Positions 12,823 to 25,621 of a DNA stretch of 64,000 nucleotides are shown here, piece by piece. A program made the translations under genes and the position numbers. Each line of letters starts with the position of its first letter. Within the stretch, counting starts at the first letter, position 1. The notes beneath the pieces were generated by a model. The model did no database searches and had not been told where the DNA came from. It saw only the letters and a list, made by a program, of their open reading frames with translations. Source of the stretch: an uncultured Candidatus Rokubacteria bacterium (GTDB lineage: Bacteria; Methylomirabilota; Methylomirabilia; Rokubacteriales; CSP1-6); NCBI GenBank assembly GCA_963747235.1, contig CAVVEU010000029.1, forward strand, positions 1 to 64,000, read 5' to 3'.

Positions 12823-13972
12823 ATGGCGCGCGCGTACAACGTGATCGACGCGGACGGTCACATCCTCGAGCCGCTCGACCTGTGGGACAAGTACATCGAT
12901 CCCGACATTCCGCGAGCGCCGGCCGCGGTTTGTCATCGACGACAACGGCAAGGAACGCCTGAGCGTCGAGGGCAAGCTGCTGGGCAATCCGCGGGGCATC
13001 GGCAGCCTCGGCTCCGTCGGCGTCCGGCAGGGCATCGTCAAGGCCAACACCCTGAAATATGCCGAAGGGCGCAGGGGTGGGTTCGACCCGCACGCGCGCA
13101 TCGTCGACATGGATGCCGACGGCATCGATGCCGCCTTCCTCTATCCCAGCCTCGGCCTGTTCGCCGGCGCCGTCGAGGATCCGGGCCTGGCCGCCGCGAT
13201 GTGCCGCGCCTACAACCGCTGGCTGGCCGACTACTGCACGCCGTATCCCGAGCGCCTGTTCGGGGTCGCGATGCTGCCGATGCAGTCGGTCGATCTGGCG
13301 GTCGACGAGATGCGCTACGCCCGCGAGAAGCTCGGGATGCGCGGCGGGTTCCTGCGGCCCAACCCGTATCACGGCAAGAAGATGATCAGCGACCCGATGT
13401 ACGAGCCGTTCTGGGCGATGGCCGAGGCGCTCGACTTCTCGATCGGCTTTCACGAGGGGTCGACCAACGCGATGCCGACCGTCGGCGTCGACCGTTTCGA
13501 GGAGGACCGCGCGGCGCGCCACATGGTCTCGCACACCATGGAGATGATGCTGGTCGCGCTGAGCGTGATCTGGGGCGGTGTCGTCGACCGTCACCCGCGA
13601 TTGCGCATCGCGTTTCTCGAGTCGGGCGGCGGCTGGATCGCGCCGTGGCTCGACCGCATGGACCGGCACTTCGACGATCAGGGCTTCAACGAGTCGGCGC
13701 CGAAGACGAGGCCGAGCGAGCTGTTCCAGCGCAACTGCTGGATCTCGTTCGAGCCGGTCGAGAGCAGCATCGCGGTGCTGGCCGACTATATCGGTCCGCA
13801 CAAGATCATGTGGGCCACCGACTATCCGCACTCGGACGGCTTCTTCCCGGGCGCGCCGCAGATGCTCCGCGAGCGGCTCGGGCGGCTGTCCCCCGAGGCG
13901 AAGCACCAGGTGCTCGCCGGCGGCGCCCTTGGCTTCTACGGCCTGAGAGCGAGCAATGGCAGCCTCGAATAG
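12823..13972 (+). CDS. Amidohydrolase_2 family protein; indel ~12905
   Basis: VIDADGHILEP, DMDADGID, WATDYPH. Confidence 0.9.
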
Positions 13973-15380
13973 GCCGCTGTGGCAGTGGAGCGCCTGCGAG
14001 CTGGCCGAAGCCATCGCTGCGCGCCGCGTGACCGCCGTCGAGGCCGTGGGCAGCGTGGTGGCCCGCATGCGCGCCACCAACGGCAAGATCAATGCGGTCG
14101 TGGACGATCTCGGTGAGGCCGCGCTGCGCGAGGCCGAGGCACACGACAAGGCGATGAGTGCCGGCGGTCCGATCGGGCCGCTGCATGGCGTGCCGGTCAC
14201 GATCAAGGAGAACGTGGATCAAGAGGGGTGCGCGACGCCCAACGGCGTCGTCGCCTTCAAGGGCGTGATCGCGCCGGCCGATGCGCCCGTGGTCTCCAAC
14301 CTCCGTCGGGCCGGGGCCATCATCGTCGGGCGCACCAACACGCCGGAGTTCTCCTTCCGTGGCACCACGGTGAACGAGCTGCACGGCCGCACGTTCAATC
14401 CCTGGAACGCCACCGCCTCGGCCGGCGGCTCCTCGGGTGGCGCGGCCGCCGCGGTGATGATGGGCTATGGCCCGATCGCGCACGGCAACGACATCGGCGG
14501 CTCGCTCCGCTTTCCGGCCTACGCCTGCGGCGCGGCCACGGTGAAGCCCGGTCTCGGCCGGGTGCCGGCCTACAATCCCTCGGCCACCGTCGAGCGCGGC
14601 ATGCTGGCGCAGGTGATGTCCGTGCAGGGCGTGATCTGCCGCGAGGTCCGCGACGTACGCCTGGCCATGCGCTCGCTCGTCGCCTACGACCCCCGCGATC
14701 CCTGGCAGGTGCCCATGCCGTTCGAGGGGACGCCCGAGCCGAGGCCCATCAAGGTCGCCTTCACCCGGAACACCTTCGACTTCCCCCTGCACCCCGCGGT
14801 CGCCCGGGCGCTCGACACCGCGCGCACCGCGCTGGCCGCCGCCGGGTACGACGTGCGCGAGGTCGAGCCGCCCCTCCTCGAGGAGGCGGCCGTCACGGGC
14901 GCGCGCTGCCTCTTCGGCGAGGCCAAGGCGCTGATGGACGCCGACGTGCGCAAGTACGGCTCGAAGACCGTCGTGGCGATCTTCGACGAGTACTACCGCT
15001 ACTTCCAGCCGTTCGAGGGCCTCGAGTTCCTCAAGGCGATCGCCGACCGGAACCGCTTCATTCGCGCCTGGACCACGTTCATGGCCGACTACCCGCTGGT
15101 CCTCACCCCGTTCCTTCCGGCGCCGATCTTCACCTGGAACCGTGACGAGCAGGGCGCCGAGGGCGTGCGCGAGGTGCTCGGCAGCGCGCTCTACAGCTAT
15201 GCCATGAACTTCATGGGCCTGCCCGCGGCCATCGTGCCCGCGAACGAGAACGACGCCCAGCCGGTCGGCGTCCAGATCGTCGGCCGTCGCTTCCGCGAGG
15301 ACATGATCCTCGATGCCGCGGAGGCGGTGGAGCGCGCGGTCGGCGTGATGGCCGAGCGGCTCTGGCGGCGCGGCCCATGA
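13956..15380 (+). CDS. Amidase signature family protein
   Basis: GGSSGG, GNDIGGSLRFPA. Confidence 0.92.
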   Translation: MAASNRPLWQWSACELAEAIAARRVTAVEAVGSVVARMRATNGKINAVVDDLGEAALREAEAHDKAMSAGGPIGPLHGVPVTIKENVDQEGCATPNGVVAFKGVIAPADAPVVSNLRRAGAIIVGRTNTPEFSFRGTTVNELHGRTFNPWNATASAGGSSGGAAAAVMMGYGPIAHGNDIGGSLRFPAYACGAATVKPGLGRVPAYNPSATVERGMLAQVMSVQGVICREVRDVRLAMRSLVAYDPRDPWQVPMPFEGTPEPRPIKVAFTRNTFDFPLHPAVARALDTARTALAAAGYDVREVEPPLLEEAAVTGARCLFGEAKALMDADVRKYGSKTVVAIFDEYYRYFQPFEGLEFLKAIADRNRFIRAWTTFMADYPLVLTPFLPAPIFTWNRDEQGAEGVREVLGSALYSYAMNFMGLPAAIVPANENDAQPVGVQIVGRRFREDMILDAAEAVERAVGVMAERLWRRGP

Positions 15381-15417
15381 CGCTATCGCACCAGACCAGC
15401 CGCGAAAGGGGAGCACC

Positions 15418-16162
15418 ATGGCGTTTTACGAGAAGGGCCCTGTCCGCATTCACTACCAGGAGGCCGGCTCCGGCTTCCCGCTCTTCGTCATTCCCGGCGG
15501 GGGCCAGAACTCGAGCATCGGCTTCATGGACCGGGCGCCGTTCGACGCGACCGAGGAATTCAAGGACGAGTACCGCTGCATCACGGCCGACCTGCGCAAC
15601 GCGCCGAGCGGCCAGTCCTCCGGGCCGCTCGAGATGGATCGGCCGTGGGACTCCTACGCCGACGACCATCTCGCGCCTCATGGATCACCTGGGCATCCGG
15701 CGCTTCATGGTGATCGGCTACTGCATCGGGGGGCCGTTCATCTGGAAGCTGATTGAGCGCGCGCCGGAGCGCATCGTCGCCGCGGTCGTGTCGCAGCCCG
15801 TCGGCTTCCGCAAGGAATCGAACCCCATGTACGACAACAGCCTGCAGACCTGGGGGCCGGCGCTGCTCAAGCAGCGGCCCGACCTCACGATGGACATGAT
15901 CGACAAGTTCCTGACCCGGATGTACGTCACGAACGCCGACTTCGTGTTCAGCGTGCCGCGCGACGTCGTCCAGAGCTGCCCGGTGCCCGTGCTGGTCATG
16001 CCGGACGAGACCCCGTCGCACCCCTACGAGCCCGCCCTCGAGTCGGCGATGCTGGCCCCGAAGGCCGAGATGACCTTCTACCCCTGGAAGGACACGAAGG
16101 AGAAGATCCCGCTCGCGGTGCGGCACGTGCGCACGTTCCTCAAGGCCAACCGGCCGGCCTGA
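15418..16162 (+). CDS. Alpha/beta hydrolase; indel ~15672
   Basis: GYCIGG nucleophile elbow; two overlapping frames join. Confidence 0.8.
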
Positions 16163-16177
16163 TCCCGAGGAGGATCC

Positions 16178-17219
16178 ATGGCGTTCGGATGGGGCATCGT
16201 CAGCACCGGCAAGCATCCCGACATCAAGATCGCGCCGGCGATCGCCGCGGCCGACGGCGGCGACCTCGTCGCCGTGTACAGCCGCGATCAGGACCGCGCG
16301 GAGGCGTTCGCGCAGAAGCATGACGCGCGCGCGGCGTACAGTCGGCTCGGCGACCTCCTCAAGGACTCGCGGGTCGACGGCGTCTTCGTGGCCTCGCCGA
16401 ACGCCCTGCATGCCGAGCACGTCGCCCAGGCGGCGGCGGCCGGAAAGCACGTGCTGTGCGAGAAGCCGATGGCCACGACGATCGCCGACGCCGTGCGAAT
16501 GGTGCACGCGTGCCGCCGCGCGGGCGTCACGCTCGGCGTGGCCTTCAACCTGCGCCAGCACCCGGCCTATCAGACGGGCCCGCGAGCTCGTCGCCGCCGG
16601 GGCGCTGGGGCGCATCGTGCTCGCCCAGGCGCAGTGGGCCTTCGGCGTGCGCGGCCGCGACGGCTCACCGCCGCGTACGCCGCTCACGCAGTGGTGGGAC
16701 ACGCCGGAGCTGATCGGGGGCGCGTCCACGATGATGGGCACCGGCGTGCACTCGGTCGACCTGCTGCGCTTCGTGCTCGGCGCCGAGGTGGACGAGATCA
16801 CCGCGGTCACCGACGGCCAGACGGTCGCGCGCCCGCTCGAGCAGCTCGCCTGCCTCACGTTGCGCTTCGACAACGGCACGCTCGGCCAGGTGGTCGCGAG
16901 CCGCCTTCTTCCCGATTCGCGCAACGATTTCCGCGTGTACGGGATCACCGGGCTCATCGCCGGACACCACTCGATGTGGGAAGCGCGCACCGGCCACTTC
17001 GAGACCACGAGCGACACCGTCAACGAGACCGCCGACTACCCGGAAGCGTTGCTGCCGAACTACGTGGCCGAGATCGAGGACTTCCAGCGCGCGGCCGCCA
17101 CCGGCGGCCAGCCCGCCGCGACCGGCCTGGACGGGCTGCGTGTCGTGGAGGTCACGCTGGCGATGATCGAGTCCGCGCGCACGCACCGGAGCGTGAAGAT
17201 CGAGCGCGTCGAGCCTTAG
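16178..17219 (+). CDS. Gfo/Idh/MocA oxidoreductase; indel ~16573
   Basis: GKHVLCEKP, GVHSVD. Confidence 0.88.
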
Positions 17220-17243
17220 CGCCATCACAAACAGGAGACTTCG

Positions 17244-19770
17244 ATGAGTGTTCACACGTCGCCACGGTCGGACATGGCACCAGGGCTTCCCTACGACCGG
17301 CGCCGCCTGGAAGACATCGGCTACATGACCTGCATGACTCTCACCCTGCTCGGCAACTATGCCCAGACCGGGCATTTCGGCGGCCCGCTCGCCTACACGC
17401 CGTTCAACGTGGCGGCGCATCTGGCCGGGCCCGAGCTGGGCGGGCTCCGCTATGACTACCGGCGCCCCAAGCATCCGTACGGCGACAAGTTCATGCTGGC
17501 GGCGGGACACTGCGCACCCACCTGCTACGCGCTGTGGATGATCCTGGGGCAGGCGCTGTACCGGAAGCATCACGCGACCGGCGATCCCCGCTATCACGTG
17601 GCACCGGACGTCGCGATGCTGCCGGTCGACGCGCTGGGATTCCGCCGCGGCGCCGGCGCGCTGAGGACGCTTGCTCGCGGACCAGGGGCTGTCGGACCAT
17701 CCGCTGTTCGCCCAGGCGAAGGGGCGAGGCATCCGGGCGCTGTCCGGGCACATCGAGTCCACCGATCTCACCAACGACGTCAACGGGGGCCCCTCGGGCG
17801 TCGGAGTCGCGACGGCCGCGGGAAAGGCGGCGTTCTGGGACATCATGGGCGCCCCCATGGGGACGCCGAAGGTCATCGCGCTCGAGGGCGAGTTCGCCAT
17901 GACCGAGGGACACGCCCAGGAGCTCAAGACCCAGGCCATCGCGCTGCAGGTCGGCAAGCGGCTCCGGATCTTCCTGTCCGACAACAACGCCGGCATCGAC
18001 GATTCCCTGATCGGCGGCGTGGTGGCCAGCAAGTTCTCCGGCTACCGCCTGGTCGACCAGTGGACTTCGTACGGCTGGAACGTGCTCACCCTGCCGGATG
18101 GTCACGACTACGACCAGATCGTGGGCGCGCTCCGGACCATGGAGGCCTGGGATCCGGCGGATCGCCGTCCGATGATCGTGATCGGCACGACCACCAAGGG
18201 GTACTGGCCCGGCGCGGTGAACGGCAAGATCCCCGGGGCGGGCGACCAGGTGGTGGGCTACCCGAGCCATCCGTACGGGATGAAGATGAACTCGGAATAC
18301 TTCGTCGCCCTGGCGCGCACGTTCGAGGCGCGCTACGGCGTCGAGTTCCAGGGGATCAGCCAGGGACCGGTCACCGACCCGCGGGAGCGGCTCATCCAGT
18401 TCAAGACCAACATCGACGTCGTCATGTCAGTCCTCGAGCGCGATGGCCTCGGGGACTGGCTGGCCGATCGTCTGGTCGAGATCGGCGACTCGGTGCCGGC
18501 CGAGATCCCGCTCCGCGTCGACGTGAAGCACGACCCATTCCTCGACGACCGTCTCAAGGTCGCCAATCTTCCCGAGGAGCCGCAGACGCTCACGGTGAGG
18601 AATTCGATCTCGGGCAAGGAGAAGCAGCTCAAGATCGCGCTGTTCCGCAAGGCGGGCGAGACGGCGGGCGCCCGACGGGCCGTGTCCGAGATCGTCAAAT
18701 GGGCGAACCACGTCACCGACAACCGCGTGCTGACCCTGGCGGCCGACCTCTCGGAATCGATCAACCTCGAGCACGGCAGCATCTGGGGCCACTACGATCC
18801 CGAAACCAACCCGCTGGGGACGCGGCTCAAGGCCGCGATCGAGGAAGCGGGCAACGTATCGAGCGCCATCGGCCTGGTCGGCCAGAGCGCGTCGCTGGAC
18901 CCCGACCAGTTTGCCGGGGTGTGGGCGTTCAGCGGCACCTACGGCGCCTTCACGCCGCTGATGTACCTGCCCGCGCGCGTGTGGAGCCAGCAGAACCAGG
19001 ACAGCAAGTTTCGCACCGGCGTCCTGCACATCCTCGCCGGGCACTCCGGCCCGGAGACCGCCGCCGACGCGCGCACGCACTTCGGGATCTTCGCTCCCCA
19101 GGTGTGGAAGCTGTTCCCGCGTGACCAGGTCATCAACCTGAGCTTCTGGGACTACAACGACGTGGCCCCCGGCTACTTCGCCGCCGCCGAGATCGCCGCG
19201 CGCGAGAAGAAGGTTGGCGTCATCGTCATCGAGGTGGCACGCCCGGACTTCCGCGTGGCCGACCGCAACACGTTCGCCGACTCCGACCTGCGGGCCGCCG
19301 CCAAGGGTCTCTACGTCATCCGCGACTTCGCGCCGGGCCAGCCACGACACGGCTACGTCGTTGCCCAGGGATCGAGCTCGACGTTCAATCTCGTGAGCGT
19401 GCTGCCACGGCTGACGAGTGCCGGCATCAATGTGAAGGTCATCGCGGCGATCAGCGAAGAGCTGTTCGACCGCCAGCCCGAAGCCTATCGGAACGACGTG
19501 CTGCCGCCCGAGGCCAGCCAGGATCTCATGTTCGTGATGAGCGGAACGCGCCGCATGTGGCCGCTGCGCAACGTCGGCTCCCTGACCGATGAGTATTCCC
19601 TCACCGCCGACCAGGACAACGTGTGGCTGACCGGCGGCACCGAGGCAGACGTGATCGCCGAGGCGCACCTGGATCCGGACTCGATCTTCGCCGGGGTGCA
19701 GCGGTTCGCTCAGGAGCGCCCGACGCGTCTGAGCCGACAGCGCGCATTGCTGAGCGCTCTGGGAGCCAAG
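17244..19770 (+). CDS. Transketolase-like TPP enzyme; indel ~17675; no stop before the next gene
   Basis: TGHFGG, LAAGHCAP, DGHDYDQI, LAADLSES, HSGPETAADARTH. Confidence 0.8.
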
Positions 19771-19779
19771 GAGTTGACC

Positions 19780-20598
19780 ATGCTGATCGTCGACGCGCAG
19801 ATTCATCTCTGGAATGCGGGCAACCCCACCAGCCCGTGGCACCGGCAGATCCCCGCCTATCTCAAGGAAGATGCCCTGAAGGAGATGGACGCCGGCGGTG
19901 TCGATGCCGCCATCCTCACGCCGCACACCCCGTGGGATCCGAACGCGAACGAGCTCTGCATGGAGGCCGTCCGCGCGCATCCCGACCGGTTCGCGATCCT
20001 CGGCAACTTCCCCCTCGACAAGCCCGAGAGCCGCGCGCTGGTCGACACGTGGAAGCAGCGCCCGGGCATGCTCGGCTGCCGCTTCACCTTCATCGGGCCG
20101 GAGCAGAGCAAGTGGCCGACGGACGGCACCGTCGACTGGCTGTGGCCGGCCGCGGAGCGGGCCGGCCTGCCGATCGCGATGATGGCGGCGAACTTCCTGC
20201 CGAAGGTCGCCGAGATCGCCCAGCGGCATCCCAACCTCAAGCTGATCCTCGATCACCTCGGTCGCCCGAGGGGGGACGCGCCCCCGAGCGAGCGGTGGGC
20301 GAATCTGCCGGAGGTGCTCGCGCTCGCGAAATATCCCAACGTCGCGATGAAGGCGACCGGCGCGCCGAGCTACTCCGATCAGCCCTACCCGTTTCGCGAC
20401 ATCCACGACAACCTGCGCCGGCTCTACGACGCCTTCGGCCCCGCGCGCTGGTTCTGGGGCACCGACATCACGCGCATGCCCTGCCCGTGGCGCCAGTGCG
20501 TGACGCTGTTCACGGAGGAGCTGCCCTGGCTGAAGGGCCGCGACCTCGAGCTGGTCATGGGCCGGGCCGTCTGTGACTGGCTCGGCTGGAAACGATAG
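19780..20598 (+). CDS. Amidohydrolase_2 (lactonase-like)
   Basis: IVDAQIHLW, ILDHLG, FWGTD; own AAGGAG RBS. Confidence 0.85.
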   Translation: MLIVDAQIHLWNAGNPTSPWHRQIPAYLKEDALKEMDAGGVDAAILTPHTPWDPNANELCMEAVRAHPDRFAILGNFPLDKPESRALVDTWKQRPGMLGCRFTFIGPEQSKWPTDGTVDWLWPAAERAGLPIAMMAANFLPKVAEIAQRHPNLKLILDHLGRPRGDAPPSERWANLPEVLALAKYPNVAMKATGAPSYSDQPYPFRDIHDNLRRLYDAFGPARWFWGTDITRMPCPWRQCVTLFTEELPWLKGRDLELVMGRAVCDWLGWKR

Positions 20599-20608
20599 GA
20601 GAGACGAC

Positions 20609-21395
20609 ATGAGACCCAACAAGCTGCGCGAGCTCCTGAAGGCCAACAAGCCCACGCTTGTCCACCCACATTCACACCACGTGGCCGTCCATCGTCGAAG
20701 CCATCGGGCACACCGGCCTCTACGACTACGTCGAGTTCGTCGGCGAGTACGGCCCCTTCGACCTGCACGATCTCGACAACCTCGCCCGAGCCGGGGACCT
20801 CCATAACATGTCGATGCAGCTCAAGGTCGACCAGGAGCCGCGGGGCTTCCTCGCGCAGCGGGCGATCGGCTCCGGTTTCCACAGCATCCTGTTCGCGGAC
20901 TGTCGCTCCGCCGCGGACGTGCAGGAGTGCGTGCGCATCGTCCGCGCGGAGACCCCGGAGGACAAGGGCACCTACGGCGTCGCCACTCGTCGCTTCAGCT
21001 ACATGGGCTATGGCGGCACCAAGGACTACGTCCAGGCCCTGCGCGACATCGTCGTGGCCATCATGATCGAGAAGCCGGGCACGGTCGACACGCTCGAGGA
21101 CGTCCTCGCCGTCAAGGGTGTCGACATGGTGCAGTGGGGCGGCTCCGACTACTCGATGGGCATCGGACGCGCCGGCGAGCGCTACTCGCCCGAGCTCCGA
21201 GTGGTGGAGCGCCGCGTGTTCGAGACCGCCATCAAGATGGGCGTGCCGCCCCGCGCCGAGATCGCCACCGCGGATCAGGCGAAGTACTTCCTCGACATGG
21301 GCGTCCGGCACTTCTCCGTCGGCACCGACATCACGATCCTGCACCAGTGGTGGAAGTCCCAGGGGGAGGACCTGCGCAAGGCGCTCGGCCACTGA
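20609..21395 (+). CDS. HpcH/HpaI aldolase family; indel ~20660
   Basis: EFVGEY, IMIEK, GGSDYS. Confidence 0.85.
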
Positions 21396-21412
21396 CCAGA
21401 AGGGGCCAGGAC

Positions 21413-23871
21413 GTGGCCTACGACCACCTCGAGGTCGAGACCCGCTGGCAACGCTACTGGGACGAGCACGGGACGTTCCGCGCCACGCGCCGGAGCGGCC
21501 GGCCCAAGCGCTACGTCCTCGACATGTTCCCCTACCCGTCCGGCGTCGGTCTCCACGTCGGTCATCCCGAGGGCTACACCGCCACCGACATCATGGCGCG
21601 CGCCTGGCGCATGCGCGGCTACGACGTCCTGCACCCGATGGGCTGGGATGCGTTCGGCCTGCCGGCCGAGCAGCACGCGATCGAGACCGGGCAACATCCC
21701 GCGGGCACGACGGCGCACAATATCGCGACCTTCAAGCGCCAGCTCGAGATGCTCGGCTTCAGCTACGACTGGGCGCGGGAGATCGACACCACCGATCCGG
21801 GCTACGTACGCTGGACGCAGTGGATCTTCCTGCAGCTGTTCCGGCTCGGGCTCGCCTACCAGGCGACGGTGCCCGTCAACTGGTGTCCCGCGCTCGGCAC
21901 CGTGCTCGCCAACGAGGAAGTCGTCGATGGCAAGAGCGAGCGCGGCGGCCATCCCGTCTATCGCTCGCCGCTCCGACAGTGGCTCCTGAAGATCACCGCT
22001 TATGCCGATCGGCTCGCCGAGGATCTGGCGCTCGTCGACTGGCCCGAGGGGACGCTTGCCGCGCAGCGCCACTGGATCGGCCGCTCGGAGGGCGCCGAGA
22101 TCGTCTTCGGTGTCGACGGTCACCCGGACGCGCGCATCGCCGTCTTCACGACCCGGCCCGATACCCTCATGGGCGCGACCTACGTCGTGCTCGCGCCCGA
22201 GCACGAGCTGACGCGCACGCTGGCGACGCCGGCTCGGCGCGAGGCCGTCGTCGCGTACGTCGAGGCGGCCGCCCGCAAGAGCGAGCTCGACCGCGTCGCG
22301 CTCGCCAAGACGAAGACCGGGGTGCCGACCGGCGCCGTGGCCATCCACCCGATCACCGGAGCCCGCCTGCCGATCTGGGTGGCCGACTACGTGCTCGGCG
22401 GCTACGGGACCGGTGCGGTCATGGCCGTCCCCGGGCACGATCAGCGCGACTTCGAGTTCGCGACCGCCTTCGGTCTCCCGATCGTCGAGGTCGTGAGCCC
22501 GGACGGGCAACTGCACGACGCGCTCGAGGCCGCGTACGTCGACGACGGCGTCACCGTCCGCAGCGGCGAGTTCGACGGCCTGGCGACGCCCGAGGCCAAG
22601 CGCGCGGTCGTCCGCCGACTCGAGGCGCTCGGCCGCGGCCGCGGCACGGTCAGCTACCGGCTGCGCGACTGGGTCTTCTCGCGTCAGCGCTACTGGGGTG
22701 AGCCCATCCCGATCTACTTTCCGGTCGAGCTCGCCGACCCGACCGGCGACCCCCGGCGAGGGGCCGCGCACACGATTCGCTACGACCAGCCGCTCGCGGT
22801 CGACGAGTCTCGGAGCTGCCGCTGCGCCTGCCCGAGCTCGCCGATTTCAACCCGGGCGAGGACCCGGCCGGCCCGCTCGCGCGCGTCGGCGACTGGCGCT
22901 TCTTCCAGCGCGACGGTCGCTGGTTCGCGCGCGAGACCAACACCATGCCGCAATGGGCGGGCTCGTGCTGGTACTACCTGCGGTTTCTCGACCCGGACGA
23001 CGACGACCAGCCCTGGGCGATGGACGCGTACGACGCGTGGATGCCCGTCGACCTCTACGTCGGCGGCGCCGAGCACGCGGTGCTCCACCTCCTCTACGCC
23101 CGCTTCTGGCACAAGGTGCTCTTCGATCTCGGTCACGTCCGGCACCCCGAGCCGTTCATGAAGCTCGTGCACCAGGGGACGATCCTGGGCGAGGACAACG
23201 AACGGATGTCGAAGTCGCGGGGCAACGTCGTGAATCCCGACGACATCGTGCGGGAGTACGGCGCCGACGCGCTCCGGCTCTACGAGATGTTCATGGGGCC
23301 GCTCGAGGCCGTGAAGCCGTGGCAGACCTCGCAGATCCAGGGCGTGGTGCGCTTCCGCGACCGGCTCCACGCGGTCTGTCGCCAGCCCCTCGTGGAGGCG
23401 ATGGACGACGCCACGCGCCGGCTGCTCCACCGGACCATCAAGAAGGTCAGCACCGACATCGACGCGATGGCCTTCAATACGGCCATCTCGGCCCTCATGG
23501 TCTTCGTGAACCACCTCGCCCGCCTCTCCGCGATGCCGCGCGAGGCGGTGCGGACGCTCGTCCTGCTCGTCTCGCCGTTCGCGCCGCACGTCGCCGAGGA
23601 GCTGTGGCGGCATCTCGGCCACGCGGCATCGCTCGCGTACGAGCCCTGGCCCGCGTGGGACGAGGCCCTCGCGGTCGACGACGTGATCGAGCTCCCCGTC
23701 CAGGTGAACGGCAAGGTGCGCGGCCGCGTCCAGCTCGCCCGCGACGCCTCCGAGGCGGACGCGCGCGCGGCGGCGCTGGCCGCGGACGGGATCGCGGCGC
23801 GCCTGGCCGGGCAGGCCGTGCGGAAGTTCGTCTACGTGCCGGGGCAGGTCGTGAATCTCGTGGTCGGCTGA
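21413..23871 (+). CDS. leuS: Leucine--tRNA ligase; indel ~22810
   Basis: [50 protein letters not shown]. Confidence 0.95.
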
Positions 23872-23886
23872 ACTTCCAGCGAGCCG

Positions 23887-24222
23887 CTACGTCCTCGCGT
23901 GCAAGAGCACTCGCTCGTAAGTCGTGCGCACGCGCGTCGAGAAGACACCGATGTCACGGTCGTAGATCTTGATCAGCTCTCTGATCTCGGGGCCGCTGAG
24001 CGCGGCCGCGAGCTCGGCCGCGCTCTCGAACGCGTAGAGGGCCATGTACTGGTGCGATCCGTCGCCCAGCACGACCTTGTAGCGCGCGGCGCCGATACAG
24101 CCCGGGAGCATGCGCACGGCATCGGGCACGTGCTCGTTGTCGTACCAGCGGTTGAACTCGGCCTCGCGGCCGGGCTCTACCGTGGCCCGCACGCTCAGCA
24201 TGTGCTCAGGGAACATGTCCAC
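23887..24222 (-). CDS. Small dimeric alpha/beta-barrel (DUF4286/EthD-like) protein
   Basis: EAEFNRWYDNEHVPD..YMALY. Confidence 0.7.
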   Translation of the reverse strand: MDMFPEHMLSVRATVEPGREAEFNRWYDNEHVPDAVRMLPGCIGAARYKVVLGDGSHQYMALYAFESAAELAAALSGPEIRELIKIYDRDIGVFSTRVRTTYERVLLHART

Positions 24223-24244
24223 CGTGGCGCCGCGTTACTCCGCG

Positions 24245-25621
24245 CTACTCCATCGGCCGGAGCTCGGACAGCATCGTCGGCACGAGCTCGGAGACGGTCG
24301 GATGAATGTGCATCGCGCGGCGGATCACCGTCCACGGCGCCTTTGCGTACATCACGTCGAGAATCGAGTGGATGACCTCGTCGCCGCCCGTGCCGAGGAT
24401 CGCGGCGCCCAGGATGGCGCCGGTCTCGGCGTCGACCGCGATCTTCATGAAGCCCTGAGTCTCGCCCTTTTCGACCGCGCGCCCGACGCGCGTCATGGGC
24501 CGCTTGGCGATCGAGCGCCTTGCGCCCGCTCTTGCGAATCTCTCCCTCCGTCATCCCGGCCCGACCGAGCGGCGGATCGACGTACAGCGCGTAGGCGGTG
24601 ATCCGATCGCTCACCCGGCGCGGATCGTTCTCGAGCAGGTTGGCGATCACGATCTCCCCGTCGTTGTACGCAGTGTGCGTGAACGCCCCCTTGCCGTTGC
24701 AATCGCCGAGCGCCCAGATTCCCGGGACGCTCGTGCGGAGCTGGTCGTCGACCACGACGTAGCCCCGCTCGTCGACCGCGACCCCCGCCTTCTCGAGGCC
24801 CAGATCGTCGGTATTGGGCCGCCGGCCGACGGCGAGCAGCACGTGCGTGCCGTGAACTTGCGGCGCCCCGCCGGCACAATCGACGTTGGCGACGATCTCG
24901 TCGCCGCGCTTGGCGAAGCTGATGCACTTCGCGTTCGCGCGCACCTCGACGCCCTCGTGCTCGACGATCTCCCGGATCGCGGCCGACACGTCTTCGTCCT
25001 CGCGGCCGACGAGCCGCGGCCCCATCTCGATCACCGTGACCTCGGCGCCGAAGCGCCGGAACATCTGACCGAACTCGAGGCCGATGTAGCTGCCGCCGAC
25101 GACGATCAGATGCCTCGGTAGAACGTCCACCGACATCATCGAGCTGTTGGTGAGATAGTCGATCTCGCGAAGCCCCGGCATGTCGGGAACGAGCGCCCGG
25201 CCGCCGACGTTGATGAAGATCCTGTCCGCGCTGGAGGCGCTCTCCGCCGACGCTCACCTCGTGCGCGGACTCGAAGCGGGCGTGGCCCTGGTAGACGGTG
25301 CAGTTCTCCATGCTCCGCAGCCAGTCTTCGAGACCGGTGCGCGACTGACTTCGAGACCGCGTCTTTCCGGGCCATGACCTTCTTCATGTCGACCCGCACC
25401 GAGCCGACGTCCACGCCATACTCGGCGGCGCGAGCGGCCACGCGCGCCGCGTACGCGCTCGCTACCATCGTCTTGGTCGGAATGCAGCCGGTATTGACGC
25501 ACGTTCCACCGAAGGCGCTGCGCTCGACGACCGCGACCTTCATGCCGGCGCCCGCGAGACGCGAGGTCACGTAGGGACCGGCCTGGCCGGTGCCGATGAC
25601 GATCGCGTCGTAGGCCGTCAC
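24245..25621 (-). CDS. FAD pyridine nucleotide-disulfide oxidoreductase (MerA/RclA-like); several indels
   Basis: [31 protein letters not shown]. Confidence 0.88.

Noticed and set aside
24245-25621. Mercury resistance (merA)
   Set aside because: No C-terminal Cys pair and no mer operon.
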